From Chiloscyllium plagiosum (lineage: Eukaryota), in NCBI RefSeq assembly GCF_004010195.1, contig NC_057749.1, forward strand, positions 16,943,750-17,007,749: DNA of 64,000 nt, in the 5' to 3' direction. This document shows, in pieces, positions 40,745-52,719 of the stretch; the stretch's first letter is position 1, and every line of letters begins with the position of its first letter. The notes under the pieces were generated by a model that was given only the letters and a program-made list of their open reading frames with translations, was not told where the DNA came from and searched no databases. A program made the translations under genes and the position numbers.

Positions 40745-41213
40745 GTGGCTCTGCTGTAGGAAAGATGTTGTGAAACTTGAAAGGGTTCAGAAAAGATTTA
40801 TAAGAATGTTGCCAGGGTTGGAGGGTTTGAGCTATAGGAAGAGGCTGAATAGGCTGGGGCTGTTTTCCCAGAGCGTCAGAGGCTGAGGGGTGACCTTACA
40901 GAGGTTTATAAAATCATGAGGGACAGAGACAGAGTGAGTAGACAAGGTCTTTTCCCCAGGGTAGGGGAGTCCAGAACTAAAGGGCATAGATTTATGATGA
41001 GAGGGGAAGATTTAAATGGGGCCTGAGGGATGAGCTGCCAAGGGACGTGGTAGAGGTTGGTACAATTACACCATTTAAAAGGCATGTAGATGGGAATAGG
41101 AAGGGTTTGGAAGGATAAGGGCTAAATAGAACTAAACTAATTTTGGAATCTGGTCAGCATGGACGAATTGGACCAAAGGGTCTGTTTCTGTGCTGCTCAT
41201 CTCTATGACTCTA
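40745..41213 (+). mobile_element. CR1 3' fragment
   Basis: LERVQKRF remnant and tail CTCTATGACTCTA. Confidence 0.88.
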
Positions 41214-41732
41214 AGAAAGTAGAGGGAACTTTACTTTGTATCTAGCCTCATGCTATCCCTGTCCTGGGAGTGTTCGATGGAGATAATGTCAAAGGAGCTT
41301 TACCTTCAGTTTAAGAGAGTAAACAGATCTTTCCTCTGTATCTAACCCAGTGTTGTCCCTGTCCTGGGAGTGCTTGATTGGGGCAGTATAATGGGAGTTT
41401 CAATTTCAGTTTGAAGTATAGGGAGAACTTTACTCTGTATCTAATGTCATGCTTGTGAAGAAGGGAGATGAGCTGAGAACATGCCAGGGTTTGATTGTGA
41501 CCAGCAGCATACTAAGACCCTGAGCAGTTGCACGATTGAGATTCCAGGGGAAGAGTGATTAAAGTGGGAATATGGACAGGGTTTTGTGAGGGTAGACCCT
41601 AGTGAGAGTAGTTTGAGAGATTGGAAGTTGAACTGCAGCAGAAGGATATCAGTGCCAATGAAACAAAATATGAAGAAAACAGAAGACACTTGGATCTTAG
41701 AAACCACACAATGAAGAATTATAAACTCAATC

Positions 41733-41738
41733 TTTATT
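41733..41738 (-). terminator. Probable IQGAP1 polyadenylation signal AATAAA (3'UTR ~41715-43624)
   Basis: AATAAA on the minus strand followed by a GU/U-rich stretch (tgtgtggtttc...tgttttcttcatattttgtttc). Confidence 0.55.
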
Positions 41739-41871
41739 TTAGTTTTGGAACAACTGGTGATCCTACAAATACAATTTTGTTTTAAAAGCATCAGTGGGGT
41801 CAATAATTTAGCCAACAACAGCAGTATGTGACAGCTTTCTCTGGATAGTCCTGTGGTGAATGGATGCCAGG

Positions 41872-42117
41872 CTGATTGCCTGTGTTCAGAGTGTGGTGCT
41901 GGAAAAGCACAGCAGGTCAGACAGCATCTGAGGAGCAGGAGAGTCAATGTTTTGGCATAAACCCTTCATCAGGAATTCCTGATGAAGGGTTTATGGCCGA
42001 AACGTCGATTCTCCTGTTCCTCGGATGTTGCCTGACCTGCTGTGCTTTTCCAGCACCACACTCTCGACTCTGATCTCCAGCATCTGCAGTTCTTACTTTC
42101 TCCTCCTGATTGCCTGT
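41872..42117. mobile_element. Penelope-derived palindrome within the probable IQGAP1 3'UTR
   Basis: 12 bp TSD CTGATTGCCTGT; centre TCATCAGGAATTCCTGATGA. Confidence 0.88.
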
Positions 42118-43624
42118 CCACTGTACTCTCCACTCTCAGACACTCAGTTTCCCTCTCTCAGTATCATCTCATCACCCAGCGCAGGGGGAGCTAATCCATT
42201 CAGGATCCAGGAGTTGCAGCCCAGAGACTTGAAATGTTTCCTTTTAACAGTTTGTGGCACTTCAGAAAGTCTATAAGCGACAATTTTAACTTAAATTCAC
42301 GCCAGTCAGGAAACGAGAGAATCTGGAGCAATGCAAGATCAGTCTCACTGGATTTACTTCTGTTTAAAGTGAACAAAGCCCTTATATTAAGTGAAATGTT
42401 AAGCCAATGATGCTGTCCGATTCCCCGGGCCCCCCACTGCGGTTAGCATGTGCTCCTGAAGGACACAGATGTTGGGCTTGGAAACATGACAGGTGGAACC
42501 CAACTCAGATACCAACCAGGATTCTGGGAACACTTAGATATAAAAATGAATTGGAAAGTAATCTCAAGACAGGTGCAAGTGACGGCAAAGGGAGGAACAG
42601 AAACTTGGAAGAAGGAACTGTTCTTCATCATTTGCAGACCACTGTGGGCATGTTGACCATGGAATGCTGCATATTTGGAGACACGCTGACACAACAACAA
42701 TACAAGGAAGTGAAACATTTGGGAAAAGTCTAGTGTTAGATAGCCAATAGCAACTGAAATTGGGAGTCTAAACTCCAACCCTGCAATTAGAAGAGATTGT
42801 GATTATATTCACACATTCAATTTAATAACAACCATCCCAGATATTTTGTTTGAGAGTGAGTATCCTCTGGAAGGATTTTCACTGAACAGTGTGTTCTGAG
42901 CAGCGGTCAATGCACTCCCTCCCCAACAATCTTGATTTTGGTGGAAAGCTTATTCACAAGGGCCTAGACTGATAGAGTTGTACGCCAAGGGGTTTGAAAT
43001 GAAAAGGAACCTAAATTAACTTTAATTTAGCCAGTGAATAATGTTTATCTCCGTGCAGAGATATTCAGAAAGCCAGCGTCCCACTACTCAGTCATTGAGA
43101 ATTAGTATTGCATTGTGGCAGCTTGAGATCTACCTAACTGGGAGAATCAGCAAACAGTGTGGTGGAGACATCATTGGAAGCAAGGATTACAAAGCAGGGA
43201 AACATCAACTTCTGACTGCACGATATAAGACAATTCTGGAATGTGGAGAAAGAAAGGAAAATGTTGTACAGAAACAAGAGACATAGCAAAGGAACAAAAG
43301 TAATTGATAATAAAATGAAAAGGTTGATTTTTAATGTTTATGCCCCTCAAGCAGTACACAGACAGCTACTGATGCATATACCAAGTCTATAAACGTTCCA
43401 GCAGTTTAATACTACATATAGAATTGCACGCCCGCTCCAATGACCCGACTCTGCTCCAGATGGTGCTGATACACTCCTCAAAGGTGTTCAGTTCTGATTG
43501 GCGCAGAATTTAAACAAAAAGGGAAAAGTACAAGCATGGCAGCCCCTCATCAGAGCCTCGTTCAATAACGTGACGCTGGCATCGAGCTCTTGACCCCAGT
43601 GGCGAGGGGCGGTTGACGTTCCCG

Positions 43625-43738
43625 CTATTTCCCGTAGAACTTCTTGTTCAGGAGGAAGATCAGCAGGTTGACGTTAACCTTCGCTTTGTCGAACAGCTTC
43701 ATGACGGCAACACCTTCATATTGGAGCTGGAGAAGGTC
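43625..43738 (-). CDS. IQGAP1: IQGAP1 last coding exon DLLQLQYEGVAVMKLFDKAKVNVNLLIFLLNKKFYGK*
   Basis: cccag acceptor, TAG stop at 43625-43627, canonical IQGAP C-terminus. Confidence 0.97.
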   Translation of the reverse strand, partial: DLLQLQYEGVAVMKLFDKAKVNVNLLIFLLNKKFYGK

Positions 43739-44356
43739 CTGGGCAGGAACATAGGTTACAGGGTAAGCAGAAAGTCAAGACAACCCAACAGAGAGAGCAG
43801 CCGTAAGCCAGTTACAATCTGAGTTGGGTTCTCACTTTCACTCTCACTGTAGTGTCTCCAATTCCCAACAACAGGTAGTTTCCAGAGAACTGAATTTCTC
43901 TTGGGAACTGTCCCTCAGTGAGAGTTAGCACTTACAGGAACTATATTCCAGTGAGAGTCAGCCCCTTCAGGAACTGTGTCCCAGAGAGAGTCAGCCCATT
44001 AGGATAACAGAATCAGAGTGTCCATTTATATAGTATCACTAACATAGTAAAATCCATTGTATATCATGAGAGTGAGACACTATTTGGCACCAATTGGTTT
44101 AACAAAGGAATTCCCAAAGCTGATGGGGCCCAGGCAGCCAAAAACAAGCCCGCTAGTTACACAATTCAAATGGATGATGTATGAAATGCCTGAATTAGTG
44201 GATCAGAGGGCTGTGGCGCTGTTAGAGATTACTGAGTTGGAAAAGGAAACTAGGGATTTTGCAAACAGGGTAATATTTTGAAATGTTGCAGTACTAGGTG
44301 CCAACGGGGGATGAAAAGGTAAAGCAGAGGTGACCATGTCCGGCCTTGACAGTTAC

Positions 44357-44465
44357 CTGATAGTGTAGCATGAATGTCTCCATTTGGACTCCCATGAACT
44401 TTGCCTTCACTTCAAAGTCACCCACCTCTTCTGTTGGGCAGATGTCAAAGATAACGTTTTTAAAC
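44357..44465 (-). CDS. IQGAP1: IQGAP1 penultimate exon FKNVIFDICPTEEVGDFEVKAKFMGVQMETFMLHYQ
   Basis: ttttcag/gtaact sites, 109 nt; near-identical to human IQGAP1 as recalled, favouring IQGAP1 over IQGAP2/3. Confidence 0.96.
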
Positions 44466-44643
44466 CTGAAAACAGAAGAGAACTGTTTAATTAAACAAAT
44501 GAACCGATGGAAAGAATAAAGTGTGAGCAGGGAGTGATACCTCCATCAGCCCTGGTTAACACTCTGAGCCCTGGCCTATGAATCATACTGAAAGAGCCAG
44601 TCTGGAATTTACATGGACTCCTGACTGCAGTGCCTAGACAGTG

Positions 44644-44883
44644 CTGTGCCGAGAGAGGAGAAAGTGAGGTCTGCAGATGCTGGAGATCAGAGCTGGAAAT
44701 GTGTTGCTGGAAAAGCGCAGCAGGTCAGGCAGCATCCAGGGAACAGGAGAATCGACGTTTTGGGCATAAGCCAACCCATTTCCTGAAGAAGGGCTTATGC
44801 CCGAAACGTCGATTCTCCTGTTCCCTGGATGCTGCCTGACCTGCTGCGCTTTTCCAGCAACACATTTCCTGTGCCGATAGAGG
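44644..44883. mobile_element. Penelope-derived palindrome, intact core on + (44783-44810)
   Basis: 14/15 TSD CTGTGCCGAKAGAGG. Confidence 0.88.
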
Positions 44884-45080
44884 TCAGATTTTTGGGAGGT
44901 TAATCCAAGGCCCAATCTGCACATGCTGGTGGTGGGCTACCTTTTGATAAACAAGAATAAGGTGTACTCCCTCAAACAACAGCACCCCCTAAGAACTCTG
45001 TCTTTTATCTCAGCTTTACGCTGCAAATGGACAGCTATCGGGGTAGAAGCAACCTCCAACGCTCCCTGTGAAAGACAGGG

Positions 45081-45326
45081 TGTTAACTGAAGTTTTTGAG
45101 GAGAAAGTGAGAAAGTGAGGACTGCAGATGCTGGACATCAGAGCTGAAAATGTGTTGCTGGAAAAGCGCAGCAGGTCAGGCAGCATCCAGGGAACAGGAG
45201 AATCGACGTTTTGGGCATAAGCCCAAAGAAGGGCTTATGTCCGAAACGTCGATTCTCCTGTTCCCTGGATGCTGAATGACCTGCTGCGCTTTTCCAGCAA
45301 CACATTTTCAGCTGTTAACTGAAGTT
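45081..45326. mobile_element. Penelope-derived palindrome with truncated core; solo arm nearby at ~45480-45610
   Basis: 14 bp TSD TGTTAACTGAAGTT. Confidence 0.88.
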
Positions 45327-45918
45327 CTCAAGACTGAAATTCAAAATCATTTTTGTTATTTAAGGCTGTGTATCGATTAACCACCACCTCCAGGTGCTAC
45401 CCTGATAAAGAAATGGAGAACCAGATGTTCCCCAGCTCCCTGGATTGGTCATTTCCTGATATTGGGCATCAAAGTCCAGGCCTGATGAAGGGTTATGCCT
45501 GAAATGTCGACTCTCTTGCTCCTCGGATGCTGCCTGACGTGCTGTGCTTTTTCAGCGCCACACTTTATCAACTCTGACTTCTCTGACATCAGCAGTCCTC
45601 ACCATCTCCTACTTTCTCAGTGTAACCCTGCCTAGTCTCCAGCCAGATGCAGGTATTTTTAAATCAACTTGTAAAGACACACCTGTGGAGCAGGTGGGAT
45701 TTGAATCCGGGCCTTCTGGCTCCAAGGCAGGGACACTACCACTGCAAACTCTTTCTATCCCAAATTTTTTGCCATTTAGCCCTTGGTCTACCCCACAGGA
45801 ATCAAACCACTCAGTGCCACTTTGATATCCTTCATCGACCTCAACAGAGGAAACTGCAAACCTCCCGCTTTTCAAAGGAACCACAAGCTGGATTTCCTGG
45901 TGGATTCCTGTCACTCAC

Positions 45919-46041
45919 TGGTTGCTATTGAGGTCCTCGATTTCTAGCAGGACACCTTTCTCATGGAGCCTTGCTGCTGTGTATCGCTGCGAGACCTGTT
46001 TGCTTTTCTTTCCTTTAACATCTCCTGGCTTCTTCGAAACT
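45919..46041 (-). CDS. IQGAP1: IQGAP1 coding exon VSKKPGDVKGKKSKQVSQRYTAARLHEKGVLLEIEDLNSN(Q)
   Basis: atacag/gtgagt sites, 123 nt. Confidence 0.94.
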
Positions 46042-46830
46042 CTGTATAGAACATCAAAGCACAGGGGTGAGAAACAACATGCCACGTGCCAAACAAAGCA
46101 ACAATTTCCAGCAACATCACTCAATACCTTCTTTCAGCTTCAGATGGAGGGGTTTGAGTGAGGTACATCAGGTTATAAAAACCAGGAGAGGAGACTTACT
46201 ACTGGCTACTTTCAGATACTTCCCTCCAAATCAGTTTGGGGTTTGTAGTTTAATTTTTCATCTTTCTCAGGAGTTGGTTTTGGGTGGGCTGAATATAAAA
46301 AATATAACATGCTGTAGAAACGGAGCAGGTCTGGCAGCCTCTATGGAAACAGAAACAGATTTCCAGCTGGAGTCTGGTTTGACAAATTTAGTTTCTTTCT
46401 CCATAGAGGCTGCCAGACCCGCTGAGTTTCTCCTTTCTGGTTTTATTTCAGACCTCCGACACCGCCGTACTTGGCCCTTGCTGGAGTTTTGATATGTTGA
46501 TTCACAGGTGTGTAACAATGGCCGGGGGGTGGGGTGTGTGTTCGTGTGTGTGGATAAACAGGGGGTGGATAAACAGAAGGTCCTCTTGGATTCTACTGTC
46601 CTTTGAAAGGTCACTGAGCGAGGGGGAAACGGGGTGGAACCTTGCTGACTCATTTCGGAGAGTATTGAGACTGGAGTCATATATGGCTCTGGACTGGATA
46701 AGGGTGGCTGGAAGAGAGTTTACAATTCTTTTCAATGCCAGCTCCAAGGCTATAGAGATGGGGTTTGAGCTATTGATCTCTGGATTAGGAGCCTGATTAG
46801 CTGCAATCACCAGACCGATGGTCCACTCTG

Positions 46831-47146
46831 GGGTGGCTCAGTGGTTAGCACTGCTGCCTCACAGTGACTGGGACCCGGGTTCGATTCCAGCCTCGGGCGA
46901 CTGTCTGTGTTGAGTTTGCACATTCTCCCCATGTTTACTCTGGTTTCCTTCCACAGTCCAAAGATGTGCAGGCTCAGTGAATTGGCCAAGCTGAATTATC
47001 CATAGTATTCAGGGATGTGAAGGATAGGTGCATTAGTCAGGGGAAGTATAGAGTAATAGGTCTGGGTGGAATACTCTGTGGAGGGTTGGTGTGGACTTGT
47101 TGTGCCAAATGGCCTGTTTCCATACTGTAGGAATTCTAATTCTAAC
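46831..47146 (+). mobile_element. HE1-type V-SINE
   Basis: Same motifs. Confidence 0.85.
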
Positions 47147-47718
47147 TCACTATCATTCAGCAAGTGAGACTCTCAGTCTCCAGTGATGAGAGACAAACCA
47201 TGGTGAGACCTTAGGGAAAGATTAGATTAGATTCCCTACAGTATGGAAACAGGCCCTTTGGCCCAACAAGTCCACACCGACTGAGTTTCTCAGGTTGAAG
47301 ACAATTGGACAGTGAGAGTCTTTGGGGTCGTGTGGGTGTGGGTGCAGAGGGAGAGGGTTAAGGATAAGAAAGATTTGTAGCTTAAAAAGACCCGAAAAGC
47401 TCTAGTGATCAGTGATCACAGAAACATAAGGAGGCAGGAAAGGTGGAGTTTCTCTTCTCTCTTGGTCTTTAAGCTCTTCACAACCTTCAGGTCAATGCCA
47501 TGGTCATTTTCCCCATTCCCTCCTGCAGTGATTTTGAATAAACTGCCCAAATAACACAAATTTCGGAGTAACTTTCAAAAGGGAACCAGAATAATTCTCA
47601 AAAGGAAGAAAGGTTTGCAGGGCTAGTGGGAAAGAATAGGAGGGAGTGGGACTCATTGTAGTGCTCTGCCAATGGGCCATCAGCAGAATAATGGACTAAA
47701 TGATCTGTTCCCTGCACT

Positions 47719-47966
47719 TTAATGTTTATCTTTAGGGTGTAGGTTTGCTCGCTGAGCTGTAGGTTTGATATCCAGAGGTTTCATTACCTGGCTAGGTACC
47801 ATCATCAGTGGCGACCTCCAAGTGAAGCCCTAGGCCACTGATGATGTTACCTAGCCAGGAAATGAAACATCTGGATATCAAACCTATAGCTCAGCGAGCA
47901 AACCTACACCCTAAACCTCAACCTGAGCTATAAACCTTCATAAACCTTGCATTAATGTTTATCTTT
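47719..47966. mobile_element. Palindromic element of a further Penelope family, hammerhead motifs on both strands
   Basis: 15 bp TSD TTAATGTTTATCTTT; CTGATGA-T-GTTACC/TAGCCA/GGAAAT-GAAACATC at 47838-47871. Confidence 0.85.
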
Positions 47967-48050
47967 TCATCTTTTCCAAGCTAAGGGTCAGCGTGCATTG
48001 GGAACATCAGGAACAAGTCAGTATCAGAACAAGGAAGTGGGGCTACTCAC

Positions 48051-48217
48051 TTTCCTTTGCTGGCCAGGTTATCCATGCAGGTCTTGATGTACTGGTTGTA
48101 GTAGTCAATCTGCTCTTCGAAGAAGGCAGTTTTGGAGATCAGGCCGCTGTATGTCTGCTGCAGTCGCACCAGCTCTGCCTTCCGCCTCTGCCGGTATCGA
48201 CGCTGGTTTCTAATGTC
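48051..48217 (-). CDS. IQGAP1: IQGAP1 coding exon DIRNQRRYRQRRKAELVRLQQTY...KTCMDNLASKG(K)
   Basis: ctgcag/gtgagt sites, 167 nt. Confidence 0.95.
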
Positions 48218-48384
48218 CTGCAGCCAGGAACAGGCAGGGATTAAATTTGCCCCTGGCATGTGAGCTATGACAAATATACCACCTGTGTGGTACTGAACCA
48301 GACTGAGTAGGAAGATCCCAGTTTGGTTTCATGTGTGGTGATAAATGTGCAGAGATATGTGTTAATCCTGTGCTCATGGGCAGA

Positions 48385-48730
48385 TGTACATGTATGTAGT
48401 TGTGTGTGTTTGCATGTGTGGGGTGTTACACGTGTGTATAGGTATGTGTGTGCATGTATGGGGTGTGTACGTGTGTGTAGTTATATGTGTGTGCATGTGT
48501 GGGGTGTGTACATGTGTGTGTGTAGGTATGTGTGGGGTGTGTACACGTGTGTGTAGGTATGTGTGTGTGCACGTATGGGGTGTGTACACGTGTGTGTATG
48601 TGTGTAGGTATGTGTGTGTACACGTGTGTGTAGGTATATGTGCATGCTCAGGTGCAGGTGTCTGCACATGTTCAGCATGACACTGCATGTGTGTGTACAT
48701 GCAGAATTGATTTCACGGGTGTGTGTGCGT
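48385..48730. repeat. GT-rich degenerate minisatellite (GTAGGTATGTGTGTG...GGGGTGTGTACAC units)
   Basis: Direct inspection. Confidence 0.9.
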
Positions 48731-49736
48731 GTGCTCAGGAACGTGCATGGTGGTGTTGGTGTGTGTTCTCGGGTGTGCTTGCACAGCACGGGCTGAGTGT
48801 GCAGACAGCAATATCACAAATGGCCAGCATCATCCTCAGCCTCAGCTGCGATGTCTCCCACATTGACCAGGCCAATACTTCTCTGTCCAGCCACACTGGA
48901 ACAACGGGTTGAGGGAAGCAGCAGATGCTGGCAACACTTATACCAAACACCCACTTACATTCATATAGCACCTTCAATAAAGATAAACATTCCAAGATGT
49001 TCAAGTGCATGAGGAAAGACGGAGCAGAAAACTGTGGGAAAAAAAATCGCCCAATCTCAGCACCATCGTTCTCACATGGCACAAAATAAGAACAGGAAAA
49101 GCTGGAATTAATCAGCAAGTCTAGCAACTTCCATGGAGAGAAACAGGGTTGGAATTCCAGGTTGATGATGTTTTTCCATTTGTCAACCTCTCTCATCTTT
49201 TTTCTTATTTTCACATGTGAGCTTGGCTGACTGGGCCAGCATTTAATGTCCATCCCCAACAGCCCTGGAGTAGGCGGTGGACAGCTGCCCTCTTGAACTG
49301 CTGCAGACTTGGGTATAGACAGAACCTCAACACTACTGGGGAGGTCACTCCCAGATTCTAATCCAGCGACAGTGAAAGAATATAAATATATTTCCAAATC
49401 AGGATGGTGAGTGGTTCTCTGAGAATTCTATGCTCTGATTTCAGACTTCACTAGAAGCAGGCAATCCTGCTGAGTGATCAGAAGCAATCTTGAGGCAGAT
49501 CAGATTTCATTTATTTAAAAATAACCAGGCTGTGAATTATATTCAAATGAGGTGTGTTTGGGTGGGGTGGAGAGGAAGATGTTTCTCTGACCGGTTATAC
49601 AAGCTGTGCGGGTCCCTGAGGAGGTGAGAGTGTGGCACACAGCCCTGCAACTGAACTCTGACAGTTACAGCTAAAGTGGAAAACAACAGCTAATGTTATT
49701 GTGTAAGTGCGTGTGTGTATGAGAGAGAGAGAGGAT

Positions 49737-50108
49737 GTTATAGAGGTTTATAAAATCATGAGGGGCATGGATAGGATAAATAGAAAAAGTCTCTTCCCTG
49801 GGGTGGGGGAGTCTAGAACTAGAGAGCATAGGTTTAGGGTGAGAGGGGAAAGATATAAAAGGGACCTAAGGGGCAACATTTTCACTCAGAGGGTGGTATG
49901 TGTATGGACTGTGCTGCCAGAGGAAGTGGCAGAGGCTGGTACAATTACAACATTTAAAAGGCATCTGGATGGGTATATGAATAGGAAGGGTTTGGAGGGA
50001 TATGGGCCGGGTGCTGGCAGGTGGGACTAGACTGGGTTGGGATACCTGGTTGGCATCGATGGATTGGACGAAAGGGTTTGTTTCCGTACTGGACATCTCT
50101 ATGACTCT
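49737..50108 (+). mobile_element. CR1 3' fragment
   Basis: IEVYKIMRGMDR...FTQRVV...FKRHLDGYM. Confidence 0.9.
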
Positions 50109-50730
50109 GTATGTGTGTGACACTATGCCTGGGAGAATGTGTGTGTGCAGGTGTATGTGAGAGAATGTGAGAGTGTGCATGCTTGTGTGTGAGAAAGAGT
50201 GTGTGAGTACGACAGAGAGAATGGATGTGAGCTTGTGTGAGAGTGAGAAAGAGAATATCTGTGAGCGAGAGAAAGTGGGAGAACATGTGTGTGTGAGAAC
50301 GTGTGTGAATGAGAGAATATGAGTGAGAGACAATGTGTGTGTGAGAGAGAAAGAATTTGTATGTATGAGTGAGAGAAAATTTGTATGTATATTAGTGTGT
50401 GTGTGTGAGTGAGAGAGACAGAATGTGTGTGGATGTGTGAGTGAGAGAATGTGTGTGAGAGAGTGAGTGAATGTGTGTGTGAAAGAGTGAGTGAGAGAAG
50501 TGTGTGAGTGTGAGACTGACAAGAGAATGTGCGTGTGAGAGTGAGTGAGTGAGGGAATGTGTGTATGTGAGAGAAAGAATATGTGAATGAGTGAGAAAGA
50601 ATGTGTGAGTGAGAGAGAATATGTCTCAGTGTGCGCTTGTGTGTCGAAGAGAGGGTATGGGTACATATGAGACACTGGGTGTGTGCATGAGGACAGAGAG
50701 AATCTATGTGTGAGAAGGGGTATGAATATG
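50108..50730. repeat. GT/GA low-complexity tract; related tracts at 51991-52186 and 53530-53690
   Basis: Direct inspection. Confidence 0.9.
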
Positions 50731-50832
50731 AGACAAACACAGATTGCTGGAGAAACTGAGCAGGTCTGACAAACATCTGTGGAAAGAAAACACAGTTAAT
50801 GTTTTGAAGCTGGAATAACTGGTTCTTCAGAG

Positions 50833-51147
50833 GATTAGATTAGATTACTTACAGTGTGGAAACAGGCCCTTCGGCCTAACAAGTCCACACTGACCCGCCG
50901 AAGCGCAACCCACCCATACCCCTACATTTACCCCTTACCTAACACTACGGACAATTTAGCATGGCCAATTCACCTGACCCTGCACATCTTTGGATGGTGG
51001 GAGGAAACCGGAGCACCCGGAGGAAACCCACGCAGACACGGGGAGAACGTGCAAACTCCACACAGTCAGTCGCCTGAGGTGGGAATTGAACCCGGGTCTC
51101 CAGCGCTGTGAGGCAGCAGTGCTAACCACTGTGCCACCGTGCCGCCT
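50833..51147 (-). mobile_element. HE1-type V-SINE, inserted in the centre of an old Penelope-derived palindrome (~50730-51280)
   Basis: Same motifs, (TCTAA)n tail. Confidence 0.85.
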
Positions 51148-51794
51148 ACTCTGGAGAGTAGTAATACTGGGCTTGAAATGTTAACTCTGCTTCTCTCTCC
51201 ACAGATGCTGTCAGACCTGCTGAGTTTCTCTAGCACACCCTTTGTTTCAGATTTCCAGTACCTGCAGTGTTTTGCTTTTATACGAATAGGAGTGAGAGAG
51301 TGTATGAACAAATTTGAACATTTGTGTGTTTGGGAAAGGGAGTGCGAAAGACTGTGTGGAGTCACAGTGAGGCTTTCACTCATGAACTTGAGTGTATCCA
51401 CCCCACGTTTAAAAAAAAAGGCCTCTGGTTGCCTGTGAGTTGAAATGTTTTTAAATGAATTCTTGGGATTATTGCCCATCGCAGAGGGCACTTTGTCAAT
51501 CACTCCGGGGTAACACTGGAGTTATAGAAATTGGGAATACTGTTGGATTTCTGGCCTGGAGGACATGATGACCTGGAAAACAAAGGAACCATTTATAATC
51601 CTGCTTTTTAGGATCTCTGGATGTCTCACGGCATTTTACCGCCAGTGAAGTCCTGCAGTCACTGTGTGCTGTGGGAAATGCAGTGGCCAATGTGTGCACA
51701 GCAGGATCCCAAACAGCCATGTGCTAAATGACCAGATAAGCCCTGGTTTCTTTTTCACAATGCTGATTGGGGGCTAAACGTTCACCAGACATCA

Positions 51795-52335
51795 CTCAGA
51801 GTCACAGAGATGTGCAGCACGGAAACAGACCCTTCATACCGACTTGATATCCGAAACTGATCTCGTCCCAATTGCCAGCATTTGGCCCATATCCCTCTAA
51901 ACCCATCCTATTCATATACCCATCTAGATGCCTTTTAAGTGCTGTAATTGTACCAGCCTCCAGCACTTCCTCTGACAGCTCATTCCATACAGACAGAATG
52001 TGTGTGGATGTGTGAGTGAGTGAATGTGTGTGTGAGAGAGTGAGTGAATGTGTGTGTGAAAGAGTGAGTGAGAGAAATGTGTGCGTGTGAGAGTGACAGA
52101 GAATGTGCGTTTGAGAGTGAGTGTGAGTGAGTGAGAGAATGTGTGTGTGTGAGAGAAAGAATATGTGAATGAGTGAGAAAGAATGTGAAAATGCTACCCC
52201 TTAGGTCCCTTTTAATTCTTTCTCCTCTCACCTCAAACCTATGCTTTCTAGTTTTGGACTCCCTGACCCTGGGAAAAAGTCCTTGGTTATTCACCCTATC
52301 CATGCCCCTCATGATTTTATAAACCTCTATAAGAG
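51795..52335 (-). mobile_element. CR1 3' fragment interrupted by a ~195 bp GT/GA-rich insert
   Basis: Reverse complement of the same CR1 3' end. Confidence 0.85.
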
Positions 52336-52407
52336 CATTTCCCTCTGACGCTCGAGGACAAAAATAAATCAAGGGAGAAGGCAGGAGAACAGGGTTGAGA
52401 AACATAT

Positions 52408-52718
52408 CACGGCATGGTAACTTAGTGATTAGCACTGCTGCCTCACAGCTCCGGGGTCCCAGGTTCGATTCCAGCCTCAGGTGATTGCCTGTGTGGAGTT
52501 TGCACATTCTCCCTGTGTCTGCGTGGGTTTCCTCTGGGTGCTCCGGTTTCCTCCCACAGTCCAAAAATGTGCAGGTCAGGTGAATTGGTCATGTTAAATT
52601 GCCCATAGTGTTAGGTGCATTAGTCAGAGGGAAATAGATCTGGGTGGGTTACTCTTCAGAGGGTCGGTGTGGACTGTTTGGGCTGAAGGGCCTGTTTCCA
52701 CACTGTAGGTAATCTAAT
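52408..52718 (+). mobile_element. HE1-type V-SINE
   Basis: Same motifs. Confidence 0.85.
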
Positions 52719-52719
52719 A

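Noticed and set aside
46831..46900. tRNA genes
   Set aside because: The A/B-box sequences are SINE heads continuing into V-SINE bodies.
48323..50776. His/Thr- and Val/Cys-rich ORFs up to 269 aa
   Set aside because: Translations of GT/CA low-complexity tracts inside an IQGAP1 intron.
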